A DNA stretch of 63,976 nt, counting the filler, from Lenisia limosa (lineage: Eukaryota > Protista > Breviatea), in assembly GCA_001655205.1 (NCBI GenBank). It is 17 parts of 17 records of this genome, joined end to end, with 100 filler letters (N's around TTAATTAATTAA, not from the genome) between each part and the next. Parts side by side here need not be neighbours in the genome. Positions count along the whole stretch, not along the records: positions 25,607 to 26,981 come from LPNZ01006832.1; positions 27,082 to 28,087 come from LPNZ01002501.1; positions 28,188 to 31,255 come from LPNZ01005601.1; positions 31,356 to 41,346 come from LPNZ01001155.1; 13 more parts are not named here. One strand, 5' to 3'. The notes beneath the pieces were generated by a model. The model was not told where the DNA came from, searched no databases, and saw only the letters and a program-made list of their open reading frames with translations. Within the stretch, counting starts at the first letter, position 1. Each line of letters opens with the position of its first letter. Position numbers and translations under genes: made by a program. Positions 25,608-39,080 of this stretch are shown one piece after another.

Positions 25608-26980
25608 GAATAGAGCAAAAGAGTGACGAAAGAATAATTTTCTATGGAAGAAAAACTGGTCGCCCTGCTATTGAAAAGAAGACAATCAAGGAGGGCAAAT
25701 TAGCAGTCCGAAGAATGATTGCAGTGAGTGGGGGGATTTGTTGCATTGTTCTTTCTGAAATCAATAAACATCTAATTATTATACATAATTACATGTATGT
25801 ACATGTATAATATTGTATGTAATAGTTCAACTTACACTTTAACTGTGGAGATGGGAGTAAAAGTAGACCCCAAGATTGTCAAGAAACAGATCCAATTGTA
25901 TGATAAAAACAACGAGGCTCTCTCACTCTTGCGAGAAGGATTATGGGTGAAGAGAAGGAACCCTCAAAATTAGACAAGAACAGGCAGATGGTTTTCTTGA
26001 TATATTTGTGAAATAGTTCCACACCTATGAGTACTATTCTCTTGTTTCTGATTGTTTGAGTATATTTCGTGTAATTTTACAATTCTCTCAGTTTCCCCTT
26101 CAATAACTGTCTAGCCCGAGAAAGTGCTTCAAATGGGCAGGCTCTTCAACAGTGGGAGAAGGATCTGGTCACATTGCCGTGAGGTTAACTCGAGGTCTGT
26201 CAACCAAGACATTTTGCAGCGGGCGGGTATTCGCGCATTTCATGTTACCTTAACGATGGAGGCCTTAGCGGCAAGAATAATAGAAGCATCAAGATGCTGT
26301 ATGGATCAAGAATATTTGAAAGGTATGTGGGGTTCTCTTGTTTTTGTGGAAAGATGAATGGCCACAAGTGTGTTTTAACTACTTAGCCTCAGAAGTATTC
26401 CGCGAACCGATTGCTCAATTTTATCAGCAGTTCGAGCGTGAAGCTCAGAAGAAGTTTGGAAAGAGTTGGAAGCAGATCAATGCCCAGTGTGAAGAAGTAT
26501 GTGGTCTTGCTTCATTCAAAAGTTATCTTTCACGACTTGAAACCTTTGGCTAATTTTCATCTAGATTATCCGTAAGAAGAATGGTGATTTAGCATTTGGG
26601 TTGGCCGAAGCGACGGTGGAGATGCTCCGAGACTCTACGCATCATTGAATGCCTGTTATTACACAGTTAAAGGTTATCAACCACTGCTGATTGACAACAA
26701 GGTTTACGAGCAGGGAAGAATATACAGACCACTCCCAAAAGATGATTACCCAATCCCCAACACCAAGTTTTGCAAAAAGTTGTTCTCACCTACCAATTTG
26801 AATGCTCCGTTTAAGGCACCAAACTTGTACCCCAATTTACCTGCCTGGCCTAAGATGCTACAATCATCTCTTTTGGGCAAGGCACATTGTACCACCGAGC
26901 TTCAGACTGTCAAAGAGGAAGGCACTATTGCATTTGAGCAGGCTGTTTCTCTCCAAGCATCGGATAGACTCAAGGAGAAT
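25608..26980 (+). CDS. Unknown multi-exon protein fragment
   Basis: Stop-free AG/GT-bounded segments (MGVKVDPKIVKKQIQLYDKNNEALSLLREGLW; SEVFREPIAQFYQQFEREAQKKFGKSWKQINAQCEE; long ORF ~26595-26980). No family recognised. Confidence 0.45.
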
Positions 26981-27137
26981 ANNNNNNNNNNNNNNNNNNN
27001 NNNNNNNNNNNNNNNNNNNNNNNNNTTAATTAATTAANNNNNNNNNNNNNNNNNNNNNNNNNNNNNNNNNNNNNNNNNNNNCCCCCCCCAACACACACAC
27101 ACCTTCGCCAGTATTCTTCATTGGAATTTCCTTGTTT

Positions 27138-27215
27138 TACCACAGAGTTGATTTGGGTTTTTCTTGATTCACAAATTTTCCAATTTACCCATTTACTCAT
27201 TTACCCCACACACAG
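27138..27215 (+). mobile_element. Family A repeat (3' part) ending at probable acceptor
   Basis: accacagagttgatttgggttttt...caaattttccaatttaccc...ttaccccacacacAG. Confidence 0.68.
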
Positions 27216-27598
27216 CCCTGACAGCCGTCTCCACTTCGAGTGCAAGCTTCATATGCCGCTATCGCGACGCTCATGTTGTGGGTCCCCTGTAGGATATTAT
27301 GCTAATACATATCGATATATAGTATTATATATTACATGTATATTGTATATCACAATATATTATAATATTGTATCACATATCATATCATATAATGAGTAAA
27401 ATGATATAATAATTACATTAATGCTTGATATGATTGTTGGAATGGTTCACACTGCTGGATTTGTGCCCTCTGTATTTTTCTAACTGTTATTTTCTCCTCA
27501 AGGATTAATTCAAAATCTGATAATTCTAGGACAGCACCACTGAACGAGTGGACTGGTTCGCTTTCGCCGTCGGTACCAATGAGATTGTGTACCCCTAG
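27216..27598 (+). CDS. 3' exons of an unknown gene
   Basis: Exon ..LTAVSTSSASFICRYRDAHV and terminal exon 27530-27598 DSTTERVDWFAFAVGTNEIVYP*. Confidence 0.4.
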
Positions 27599-27991
27599 CA
27601 ATTGTTCATGTGATATTATTTATTCTGTTTCTTTATCAAATACGACTGGATCCTTATCTATACTACTTCTTCTTCATTTATTAATACAAATAGGATTAGT
27701 CTCGTTATACATTGGGCATTGCAGTAAAACCACTACAATTTGTGTCCTTGGTTATGTTTAGTTTGAGATTGTACATCTCCAATTATTTACAGAATTACCA
27801 ATCAGCATTATGTGTCTTCCTTCTTTCTTCTTATAAGCATGATGGTGTAGACGGCTTCGGCCAGATACATCCTTGTTTTAATTTCTCATTGCAAAAGATG
27901 GATTATATCATATATCATATCATATTATCGATAAATGAGACAGCAAAAAAGAAAAAGAAAAAAAAAAAAAATCACAGAAACACCGGGCGGG

Positions 27992-28087
27992 CTAGATTGT
28001 GGAATAGCCACGCTTTTTCTTGACGAAGAAAACGTAAAATGTGGCACCACCAACACCAAGAATTATGAGAAGCACCAGGGCGGCTGG
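27992..28087 (-). CDS. C-terminal transmembrane helix and short tail of a type I membrane protein (fragment)
   Basis: PAALVLLIILGVGGATFYVFFVKKKRGYSTI*: hydrophobic helix, basic stop-transfer segment and a YxxI-type tail. Confidence 0.55.
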   Translation of the reverse strand, partial: PAALVLLIILGVGGATFYVFFVKKKRGYSTI

Positions 28088-29148
28088 NNNNNNNNNNNNN
28101 NNNNNNNNNNNNNNNNNNNNNNNNNNNNNNNTTAATTAATTAANNNNNNNNNNNNNNNNNNNNNNNNNNNNNNNNNNNNNNNNNNNNCCCAAAAAGACTG
28201 GCAAAATATCGATATTTATCGAGGATGTTTCAAGAAATCCAGTATATTCTGGGACCATAGGGAAGCCGTAGGTTGGCATATATTTGTTAGTGTGCCCCAT
28301 TGATCCTATACTGGCTCTCAAACTGTCTGGAAATATACTTCAATTGCAGCCTCGTATGCAGCAAATGGTTGCTATTTAACGATGATAATCGCAAACAGCG
28401 AACCGCAAAGCTTTTTTGCCCAAAAACAAAAACAGATTCCATTTTACTGAAAATCAGGTATCTGAGGAATATATGTCATAAAAACAAAGAATAGCCTCCC
28501 CATTGGTAGAAAAGTATACGCAACCCCAAATTAATTACTTTACAAAAGAAGCCATTCGTAAATCTGGTATTTACGATTAAAAACAAAACATAACAAATAA
28601 AATAATAATAATAAAAAAACTCAACCATTTACTACGAATTCACTCTCACTTGCAAATAAGAAAGCAACCACCACCAACCAGGCGCCTTGTCTTCTGCTTT
28701 CATCTCCGCTTCAAAAGTTTTCTGGTGTCTAAATCTTGAAAAGTCAGCCAGCGAGGGGAATGGAGAGGATATCTGAAACAGGAAAGATGAGAAGTGTAAA
28801 CTCGTTAATGTCAAAATCTGGTTGAATACATTTGTTGATCACAGTTTTTCCACCTACATATCCTCAGAAGGAAGCTGGTGGGGATTCGGGGATTTGCGTG
28901 AAGGTAATAGGTTTGCTATCACACTATCTGCTCAGGTTTATTGCTTAAGTGTTTGAAAATCTGTTTTTTTAACCACGAGTTCATAAGAGAAACGCGTTAA
29001 ATTTGAAAATGACAAAAAGGCACAATAATATCGATTATTATCGAGTGAAATATCGATATTAATGTCATTTTCTTCAAACCCCCCTTCTTCCCCCTGCTTA
29101 AACATATTTAGAGTCATATAAGTAAAAGGAAATTGAATTAGTTCGGTA

Positions 29149-31119
29149 ATGCGAGATTTTTTAGTTATTCTCTCGGAGGCAATCGGATGGTCTTATTTCA
29201 CTCTCTGGACCTTCTCATTCTTCCCTCAAGCCTACATTAACTTCAAGAGGAAGAGTGTTGTTGGCCTATCGTTCGATTTCATCCTGTATAATCTCATTGG
29301 TAGGCTTTTTTTGCCGCTTCCCATGATCTAATCTTTTAGGGTTTTCAGCATATGGAGCGTATAACTACACCTTGTATTTTGATCAGGGCACGAAGGATCA
29401 ATACTTCAAACATAATGGTAAGGCCGTATCATATTTTTATTATTAGACGGCTCAAACCCGGTCCATATTAACGATATCGCGTTCTGCACGGTTGCCTTCA
29501 TCATGACGTGTGTACAAGGCCTTCAGTGCTTCATGTTCGAGGTGGGCTACTTAACTTGGAGGGTTGAGTTTTTTAGGGTTAATGATAGCAGTATGCTGAG
29601 TTTCGTATAGTTTGTAAAGCAGTCACGGTGTTTTAGGCTCATCTTGTCAATAATAATGGCAGTTGCTTTTGTCGTAGTAATGATGATGATGATGACGAAT
29701 ATGATAAAAATCACAACATTTGATGGCGCTTAGGTATTGTGATGATATGAAATGAAAATTATATGATATTGTGCATAGTTAAGGATTCCCTTTGATCGAA
29801 ACAGACCGACAGAGTATCGATATTTATTTATTAAGGATTTATGGAAATCAATCTTATTTGGGACCTTAGAGAAGCCCTAATAATAAACATGATTAGTGTT
29901 TATGGTGATGTTAGTGATAATGGTGATCTTAGTCATTTTTGAGCAAAGTAATGACCCATGTGGTATTAGGGAATCCTCTCCGAATATAGCGTATACACTG
30001 GAGGTAGATGAAAGTTTCGATAGAGAGTTTTCTCCACCCCCCCCCCCCNNNNNNNNNNNNNNNNNNNNNNNNNNNNNNNNNNNNNNNNNNNNNNNNNNNN
30101 NNNNNNNNNNNNNNNNNNNNNNNNNNNNNNNNNNNNNNNNNNNNNNNNNNNNNTCAGAAAGGCAACCAAAGAGTGTCAAAGCCGACCATCCTCATCAGCT
30201 CCTCCCTGTATGAGCGTTTTTGCTAATTTAGGGTCGTCTTTGCCATGTTTTGCGCTTACGCCTATTTCACGGGATATATCAACTCCTTCACCTTGATTAA
30301 TCTCCTGGGCTTCATTAAAATCACAGTGACCTTGATCAAATACATCCCCCAGGTTTGTTTTGTTTGTCTAACACTGGCAATTATGAACTTCAAACGCAAG
30401 TCGACGGAGGGGTGGTCAATCGAAAATGTGTTATGCGACTTTGGTGGAGGTGTGTTTTGCTTTGAGGAAATGATGCTATCGTCAACATCTTGGGGTCTCA
30501 CTTCGGTTCTTGAAAGTATCGATAATTTTCGAGGATTTATAGATGAATTCAGTCTTTATTGAACCGAAGTGAAGCCCTGTCCTCTTTATACGTGATGGGG
30601 TGGACGGCTTCTGCCTTGCTGTTTCTCATCTTATGAAAGTCCAATAGAAAATACCCTCAATAATATTCATAGAAAATTCTCTTAGTATTGTTTTGACGTT
30701 TAGGATTCCTTTCATTGGTGCAAATGTCGCTTGATGCATATATTCATGGTTTGTGGAAAGGACTTGTTGCTCTTTTGGGATCAAGACAATACAACAAAAA
30801 TAGAACTCCGTATTCTAGATTCAGTTGTAATATTACCCAAAAGAGGAAAATTGTTCTTGGTTTAGTTTGTTTCCTAATTGCCTAGAAAGTTGGGATAATG
30901 TGACCGGAGACCTTCCGAAACTCGGCCTTTCAGTCATCGCCATTTCTTTCGATTGCCTTTTCATGTTCCAGCATTACATCCTGTGGGTTTTGTTTTCTCT
31001 TTTTTCCCGTTAATCAGTTTTCTGTTAGTTTGATATATAATCCTTTTAGCTTCAGACACAAGGGCGAGGCTCTCCCGCTTCTTCGAGAGGATGGTGAAAA
31101 GGATGAGTGTTTTGTGTAA
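29149..31119 (+). CDS. CTNS: Cystinosin (PQ-loop lysosomal cystine/H+ symporter)
   Basis: IGWSYFTLWTFSFFPQAYINFKRKSVVGLSFDFILYNLIG; NPVHINDIAF; IKYIPQ..MNFKRKSTEGWSIENVLCDFGGG; GDLPKLGLSVIAISFDCLFMFQHYIL. The tail EALPLL fits the [DE]xxxL[LI] lysosomal sorting motif. Confidence 0.94.
30492..30578. mobile_element. MITE family B copy in cystinosin intron
   Basis: ggggtctcacttcggttc...gaaccgaagtgaagccct. Confidence 0.8.
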
Positions 31120-31509
31120 GTATTATTATGGTAAAATATTTAGTCATCTGTTTCCTGTTTCAAAATGTAGAAGAGTTCCAGTTTCCCCAAGTTTCAAAGT
31201 GAGGAGGCGATTGGCCTGGGCTTTGTTTTGTTGTTTTCCTCTCGTGTGTTGTCAANNNNNNNNNNNNNNNNNNNNNNNNNNNNNNNNNNNNNNNNNNNNT
31301 TAATTAATTAANNNNNNNNNNNNNNNNNNNNNNNNNNNNNNNNNNNNNNNNNNNNTATTAGTACTATGTTGTGTAGTGAGGAACTTGTGGTTTGATACTG
31401 CGCCATTTGTTTAACGCATTAGTTTTGTTTATCGAACCGAAGATGATCTAGATGAAAGCTCGTTTCTTGGTGGGGGGGGGTGGGGGGTGGGTGAAAACTA
31501 AGATGATTT

Positions 31510-34500
31510 CCTCCATTCCAATACCTCTTGTGGCCAAGCGCTCATTTTTAGGCAAATTTGCGACCTATCCTGGTGGTGGCTTTGTTGTTGACTTACCAAT
31601 CCATCACAATGAGTCTCTTGCCCTTATTCAAAACTTGAAGGTTGGAATGGACTGTACTATGAGGATGCCATAGTATTCTTGGATTGCTTAATAATAATAA
31701 TAAAAATCAACGCTTTGAATTTAATCAAGTGATTGCTTTAGAAAGATGAGTGGCTGGATGCGCAGACCAGAGCCATCTTTGTTGACTTCACCCTTTATAA
31801 TCGTGAGTGTTGCCATGAATTAGTGATGTTTTTCAAACTATTTCATTTCTGCTCAATTTTTCTCATTTTTCTCTTTTTTGGAGCATTGACCTGTTCAAAT
31901 TTATTTTGGCTTAATCAAACAGCCAATCTCAACGTGTTCTGCATTGTTCGCCTCCTAACCGAGCATCCAACAACTGGAACTGTCCACCCCGGGTCCACAT
32001 TCAGAATCGCCAAGTTCTACAGGGATCTTAACAACAGCGAGAAGGTGGGTATTCCTGGGGGACTGGAAGAATGTCTTTCTATCGAAGCCTGGGTGCTCAT
32101 GTTTTCAGATTATCACATATTTGGAGTATGGCTTGGCAATTGCGGTGCTTTACTTCATCATCAAAGAAGTCATTACGGTTATCAAGGCCGGCAAGGAGGT
32201 ATAGCGGCGTGGACAAAGCTTCACTTTCACATTCGGTGTAATTGTTTAGTACTTCAAAGTTCCGTGGTCCTACCTTGAGATGATTAACCTCTCTCTTTTC
32301 TTTGTTGTGATTTGCATCCGCATCTACCTCCTCAAAACGTTCGACAGTATGACTTTCAGTGCCGTTAACCACGAAGAGGTGAGTCTTGCCGGATATTGAA
32401 TCTTTCAATCCTTGATAAATGATTCGATATGTAACGTAGTTTTTTTTTAGTTAGAGAGTCACTAAAATCTATGGACACAGAAGAGTATGGCACATAAAAA
32501 TAAGTATCATTCCTCATTTCATTCAGTATGTGTCATTCCAAACTGTTGGCTTTTGGTCCGATCAAGAAAGGAATGTCAACTCAGCCAATGCGATCCTCAC
32601 TATCATCAAAATCTTCAAGTACCTTCAAAGTTTGCATGTGACTCTTCTTTGAGAAAGCGAATTTTCAAATTCTCTTTCTAAGTTTTTAGTGTCTCCTCGA
32701 ATGAATCAGTTGTCTCGCACTCTTGAGAAGTCAGCAATCAATCTCTTCTTCTTCTTCATTATGTTTTTGATTGTCTTCACTGGTGGGGGGTAAGAAGTGG
32801 GCTATTGTCCGTTGGCAACCAGGCTTTTCCCAAGTCAGCCCGAAATGTAACTGAATTTTCCGGTTCATTCTTATACTATCAAGTTCTTTTCGGACTATCG
32901 GCAAGCCCAACTGAAAACATTTACAATATAGGACTGTCTCTTTGTGGCTTCATGGCTTTTGGTGTGGACATGGAGGTGAGCTGTTTAGACATTTTGTTTT
33001 TACAATAGCAATTTTAGCCTACAAATATCAGTTTATTGTTCTGTCTGACAGTTTAGGATTTCCGATCTCTTCCAGATGCTATGTTTACTCTCTTCTCCTC
33101 AATTCTGGGTTGGTTTAATATGACTGATCCATATGTTTTATGTGGTGTAATATTAATAATTGCGCCATGAAGGCAATGCAGAAAAGACCGGAGTTGGGGG
33201 TAAATAGAGGGATCGGGCTTGGTAATGGATGGTGGGGGGAGATGCTGAGGTAATGGATGGTGGGGGTGAGTAAAGAGATGGTAATTATTATGATGAATTT
33301 GTGTGAAGGTACTACACCCAATAATTTGACATGTTATGATTTTCAATAAGTGTGTGATAAATAAACAAAAAGCAAATCTAATTTACAAAGGCATCTTCGA
33401 CCTTGATGAAATTCGGCTTGCCAACCGCTACCTTGGCCCTTTCTTCTTTGTTTCGGCTCAGATCCTACTTCTCTTCATTATGATGAATATGTAGGAGGAT
33501 GGAGTTTAACTATTTTTTTTATTTTTTTTTTCGAAGAAGGTTTCCTTTGTTATTCCGCTATCTTTGTATGACGATATCTAATGAGTCATTGTGATGGCCT
33601 TTGTTTTCTACTTTTTGTTTTGAACCCGTATGTTTCTCAAATGTTTAGCTAACATTTTGGGGTTTTATTGTGAAATAAATTGTCCATTTTTACTCCCCCA
33701 GGTTCCTTGCCATCATCAACTCTTCCTTCCTGGAGACACAGGAAGAAGTCACACAGGTGAGTGGTTTGGCTTGAGTAGGCGCAGTCAGGGAGTTGAAATG
33801 TTGAATGGTTTTGATTTATCTGCCCCCTTTCCAATCTTATCTCTTTACGTTGACAGCTTATTTCAAACGAGCAAGAATCAAAGTTCACCTCGAAGCTGAA
33901 AGCATTCTTTTCAAAGAAATCTCGACGAGTGGAACAGGTTTGTGAGAGTAAACCAAATTGTATCAGCTAGGCTTAATTGAAAATTCAAACCTGATCTGTG
34001 TTAAATATCAGGCTTTTCTCCAGTCTAGAAAGGCCTAGTATATAAAATGTCGATATGTTTCTATGATTTATCCCAGAAGCCTACCAAAGATTACGCATTT
34101 AGCTACAGATATCAAATATATACAAAGTATACATTTTATACCATATTATATATAGTATATGGTATATTTTGTTTCATGCAACCCCAGGTACAATCTGAGC
34201 TTGACGCCTTCGGAGCCGATGATATCCGAAAAGCCGATGTGGCCGAACTGTACCGAAAAGACAGCCAGTTTGGACCAGTGAGGGGCTTCTCTCAATTCTG
34301 CTTAGGGTCTCACTTCGGTTCGAAAAATACAAGTAAAATATCGATAATTTTCGAGGATCCAGTCTTTTTTTGAACAGAAGTGAAGCCCTAATTCTGCTCC
34401 ATTTTTCATCATCGCATTTCTTTTATAAATACAATGATCAACCACTTTTCCACGCAAGGCTGTCATTGACCATCCAGCTGACTGGAGCGGAGAACGCTGA

Positions 34501-35013
34501 CGACTTCATGTCAAAGTTTGACCGTGACAAGTCTGGCGCGGTTGGGAGGGTTAGTTTATTATTATTATTATTATTAAATATTATGTTCTTGACTGATCCT
34601 TTTTCTGTATTCCTTTTTACAACACAACATCATAATTGCCTTAGATTGATGGCGATGAGCTTCTGCCTATCACAGCGAGGCTTGAGAAGGAAGCGTCAGC
34701 TCTTCGAAAAGCCGAAGAAGGGCTCATGAAAGGCGAACAGGTGAGAAAGGCGTTCTCAGGATGATTTAAAATCGAGAAGCAAGCATTGATCCCTTTAGAA
34801 AGCTATTCAAAGTGCCATGTCGTTCTTGTACCACCGGGTACGCCTCTTGTCAGAAGCCATGGACTCTATTGACGCAGCTGATAGGTGTGTTTATCCTCCT
34901 TTGCGATACTTTATTTTGGTGACTTTTTTTCTGCTGACTGATATTGTTTTAGGAACAGTCCAGTGCAAAAGTTTGATTCTGCGTTGCCGGGAGTTGTTGA
35001 CTCTACTAAATAG
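31510..35013 (+). CDS. PKD2: Polycystin-2 (TRPP) cation channel, N-terminus missing
   Basis: FATYPGGGFVVDLP; WLDAQTRAIFVDFTLYN|ANLNVFCIVRLLTEHP; IFDLDEIRLANRYLGPFFFVSAQILLLFIMMN; FLAIINSSF; C-terminal EF-hand-like DRDKSG. Confidence 0.92.
33648..33701 (+). mobile_element. Degenerate family A 3' end forming a PKD2 acceptor
   Basis: ttttggggttttattgtgaaataaattgtccatttttactcccccAG|gttccttgcc aligns to the family A terminus. Confidence 0.6.
34304..34389. mobile_element. MITE family B copy in PKD2 intron
   Basis: T|AGGGtctcacttcggttc...gaacagaagtgaagCCCT|A. Confidence 0.82.
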
Positions 35014-35545
35014 CTTCATATGGTGCGGTTGTGGTGTAATGGTCCTTTCTTAATCTTGTTTTGGGATTTCTTTCTGACACATTTAGGTTGGGTTTTCTTA
35101 TTTTTTTTTCTTAATATGTTTCTTGTATAGTATTTGTTTACTATGTACACTGTTTTCAAACAAATGTGCCTTCCCTGGAAACAATGGTTCAATCGTTTGT
35201 CCAATTGGCTATCACTTTTATCTTCCAATAATGAACATCAATACATTTCCCTTTACATTCCTCCAACAATAATATAATAATAAGATAATAAGATTTTAAT
35301 TCTAATCAGAAAAAGCAAAAAAGCAAATGCATGGCAAATGGCAAAACCTCGGTTGTGCAAAGGGGGGGGGACAAGTAACAAGTAAGCACAAGTGATGTGC
35401 TTTTTTTTTTGGAGCATCTTTTTCATTGTTTTCATTTTCCCACCTTTTCACACACAAATACTACACAACTACACAAAAACGCTCCAACAACGTGACTACA
35501 GCTTACGCTTTGACTAAATAAAGACGGGGACAAAGCAAATCCACC

Positions 35546-38500
35546 ATGGCTCGAAAGAAGCGTGATGCTCCAGTCGAGGCAGAGCCCCTTGAAAGTGATG
35601 TACGTGTTCCATTTGTTCAGAAATAATGCTTTTCTTAGGATGAAACCGTTTCAGTTGACGAAGAAGCAGAGGAAGAGGAAACTATAGAGTTGGGGGGCTT
35701 CTGTCGTGCGCCTAAATTCATTATTTTATGTTTATTAATGGTAAACATGGAGAATAATTGCATATCTTTGCAGATCAATTGATGTGGCTTTTGATTTGTG
35801 GTATCGCATGGTGTTCATAGCTCGGGTTTACTGGGGGTGAATCACGCAACTGAAGTTTCTTCTATTTGCATTGCACCAAATAAACCAAGTCCTTTTTACC
35901 GTTCAGTCCGGATGTTGACCGTTACCATGCCGCTCTCGAGGACCTGAGTGCTAAGAGGTGTGCCAAGCTGGTCTATATGATATTAAAAACGAGAATTGCT
36001 CGTGTTTCTTTTTAACAATAATGACGAAGAGTCTATTTTGTTGTACTAATGACTCGTTATTCTGAACATTTCTGAAATGATAAATTACAATATGCTATGC
36101 AGTAATCCATTATCACATAAATTGCCTCAGATCTACATATGATATAATCATACTGAGAGTTTATTAGGGGCTTTAGAACATGCTCACGGTCTGTAGAGGT
36201 TCAGTCAAGACCAATGCTGCTCATTTCATCGCTTCTCTCCTCTCAAGGAAATACTGCATAGAAGTCATTGACAACACGTAGGCCTGGAATCTTTCAGTTT
36301 CTAAGCATAATGTCCATTTAAAGTGTCGTATTTTTTTTTTTGATATTGGAGTCTTGGCCCACTAATATATAACTAGAATTGAAACACTTGCCTCCCAAGT
36401 CAAGAAGAACCTAAGCAAGTCATCTTGTCCTGAACACTTCAAAATCGTTCAGCGTCTTGCATTAACTTTGGGACCTGGTGGGGGTTGGATGCAGTTGTTT
36501 TGAGGCTTGTCTTTGTGGAGTTTTTCTTAACTGCTAAGAGAGCACAAAGATCCACGATGACCTTGTCCCGGTTCTCATGACTCACACCAAGAAGAAGGAT
36601 CCTGAGGTAACCTGCACTATGTAGCTCTCATTGTTGCACTTTCATAGATATATCTACCTATGTTTCATATTTTTGAGTTCTGCCCATTGTTGTTTTCTCA
36701 TATTCAAAGAAAGTTTTGTCTCCCCTACTCTTTTCTTTTCAAACACTTTTCTTTGTCTCAACTATCTTGCTATTTGAGACAAAGAAAAGAGTTTTAATTA
36801 GGGTTATTTGTTGCATAAGTTTCTTTCGTTTTACCCCCGTACCCCAATGCAGTGCTGCAGAAACGACTGGCCTGGGCTTTGTTTGTTTTAAATTGGTTTT
36901 GGCTGTTTTTGTTTCATAAATTATCCAATTTTACTCCCCCCCCCCCCTCTCAGGCGGTTCGTGCGNNNNNNNNNNNNNNNNNNNNNNNNNNNNNNNNNNN
37001 NNNNNNNNNNNNNNNNNNNNNNNNNNNNNNNNNNNNNNNNNNNNNNNNNNNNNNNNNNNNNNNNNNNCTAACACAGCATTACTTAATTACTTACGGATTA
37101 GCTGAAAATGTTGACTTCTGCTTTGCTGCAGCCTCAACGCTTCTGCTGTTAACCACTTGCTTACCTGCGGAGTACAGAGATCAGGCTATTGAAACGTTAG
37201 TCAGAGCGCCTATAATATTCTCTCAAATCAACTGTTATTTGTTTTATTTTACAGTTATTAATCTGTGTAGCTGTAAAAATAAGGGACAGGAAAGGGCGGA
37301 TTTTGATGTTTTTGCGTCTTTGCTCTGAATAGTTGTGAAGCCCTTGAGCTAACAGTTTTAGATGGTTTGAGCTTGTGGAGCGCCTTCTTGATCACGATGA
37401 TCTATCATGCCGAATTGTCGGCGGCCGGATGGCATCCTACCTCAAGCATCTTGAGAATGAGGTTGGCTTCCTCTTGTGCCTCCATCCCCCTCCTCTTTTA
37501 TAGTATTTTCTTTTTCCTCTCTCCCCGATATTTCCGTCTCGTTTTTAATATTTTAGGGCGTGTCGCCCGTTGAGGGCCGTTTGGATGAGATTGAAGATAT
37601 GATTTCCGTCCTTGCCAACGACGCCACCACCGGGAAGAGCCGCAAGGTCAAGGCCGAGCAGAGGGGCGTGTTCAAAGAGTTCCAGGCCACTTTCGAGGTG
37701 GGTAACGTGGCGGGAGTCTTTTATGCATGATACATATACTATGACATAGTATATATGATATATAGTATGTAGTATTTCCCAGTGCTTTGGTGTGCACTTA
37801 CAGATGTATTTTGAACATTGGATACAATGCAATACAGCGGGAATGCCCTCTATACAATTTTTTATCTCAACTTTTGTCGAAAATCCAGAGTCATTTGGGT
37901 TTTGGATTCAGGCTATCTCTTACCATTTTCTTGGTGATTCTAGTTGCCATTTTTGAACATGTTTAGGAAGATATTGAGCCGTCTGAGAAACTGAAAATCG
38001 GAAAGGCCCAACTTCTTATTTCGGTAAGTGGTTTGACGTAATAATGAACAGCAGGGCTTGCAAAAAAAAAACAAGTGAAATAAATACCCGCACATAGTAT
38101 TGATATCATATACTAAAAAGCTTGTTCATTCTTGAAAATGGCGTTACTTTGTTCCAGAAATGGCCAAAGGTGATTCAGCTCTCTTCCTTCCGCACCGCCC
38201 TGACCGGACTCGATCAGCATCTGAAGGTTAGGGAGAGGGTATCTTTTGTTGCAATGTGGCAAGGACGTCACCACGATATGGAAGCAGCTTTCCCTAGAAA
38301 ATTGCTGCATTGTCCTAGGAAAACAACTGGAAAAGTAGAAAAAATCCCTTCCAGTGTTTTCCATTGAATTGCCGCTTGTCTTCCTTTTGTTACTCGGAGT
38401 TTTCTGTTGATGAAAACTCCTTGTACAAAAAAAGACTGGACAGAATCCCTATTATCGTATTGATAAGTTTAATGTCCTATATTAAAAGAAGAAATGCATA

Positions 38501-39080
38501 GTATGGCTTGAGTCCAATAATTGATTTAGATTGTCTGAGTTTATTGATTCGCTTTAAGTCAGTTTTCATGCTCGCAGCACAATGAGTTCCTTGGCGAAGT
38601 GTTCAACATCCATGGCGATTGGGGGGTGTCTTCACCTCATCTCACCAAAGACGAGCTCAGGTAGTATCCAATTAACGTTATTGATAATTTCCCTTCCCTC
38701 GGTTTGGTTTTTCTAAAAGTAGTTTTTATCATGTTTTGTATTCCTCTTCTGGTTGTTGATTTCTCTTTATACATATTTCCTCATCTTTCATTTTTATTTC
38801 TGCATTTTGAAGTTCTCACTCCAGAAACAAACACCCCAGACTTGTCCTTCATTCTTTAGAGTGGCCAAGGCCGCGCGCCAGCGTTCAATAGGTATTGGCA
38901 TTATGGGGGTCAAAGTAGTTAGGTTGAATAATGTTAAATGATAAAAACAAAATTATTTAAAGGATATTAGAGGAAGTCGGTAAATTAATTCGCAATTAAC
39001 TGAACATTGGTTATACTATGGATGATTTTAATCTACCAGGAAATGACAGGCGAAATGCAACCCTCAGCAAATTCTTCTAA
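35546..39080 (+). CDS. IFRD1: Interferon-related developmental regulator (IFRD1/2) homologue
   Basis: ATG in CCACCATGG context; LEDLSAKR; SVLANDATTGKSRKVKAEQRGVFKEFQATFE; WPKVIQLSSFR; C-terminus KAARQRSI|GNDRRNATLSKFF*, resembling the basic IFRD tail ending in FF. Confidence 0.85.
36847..36953 (+). mobile_element. Family A repeat ending at IFRD acceptor
   Basis: atgcagtgctgcagaaacgactggcctgggctttg...taaattatccaattttactc(c)n tctcAG|gcgg. Confidence 0.83.

Noticed and set aside
28240-28920. Possible minus-strand gene divergent from cystinosin
   Set aside because: A few AG/GT-bounded segments exist, but the frame is ambiguous and no motif is recognisable; support is too weak to list.
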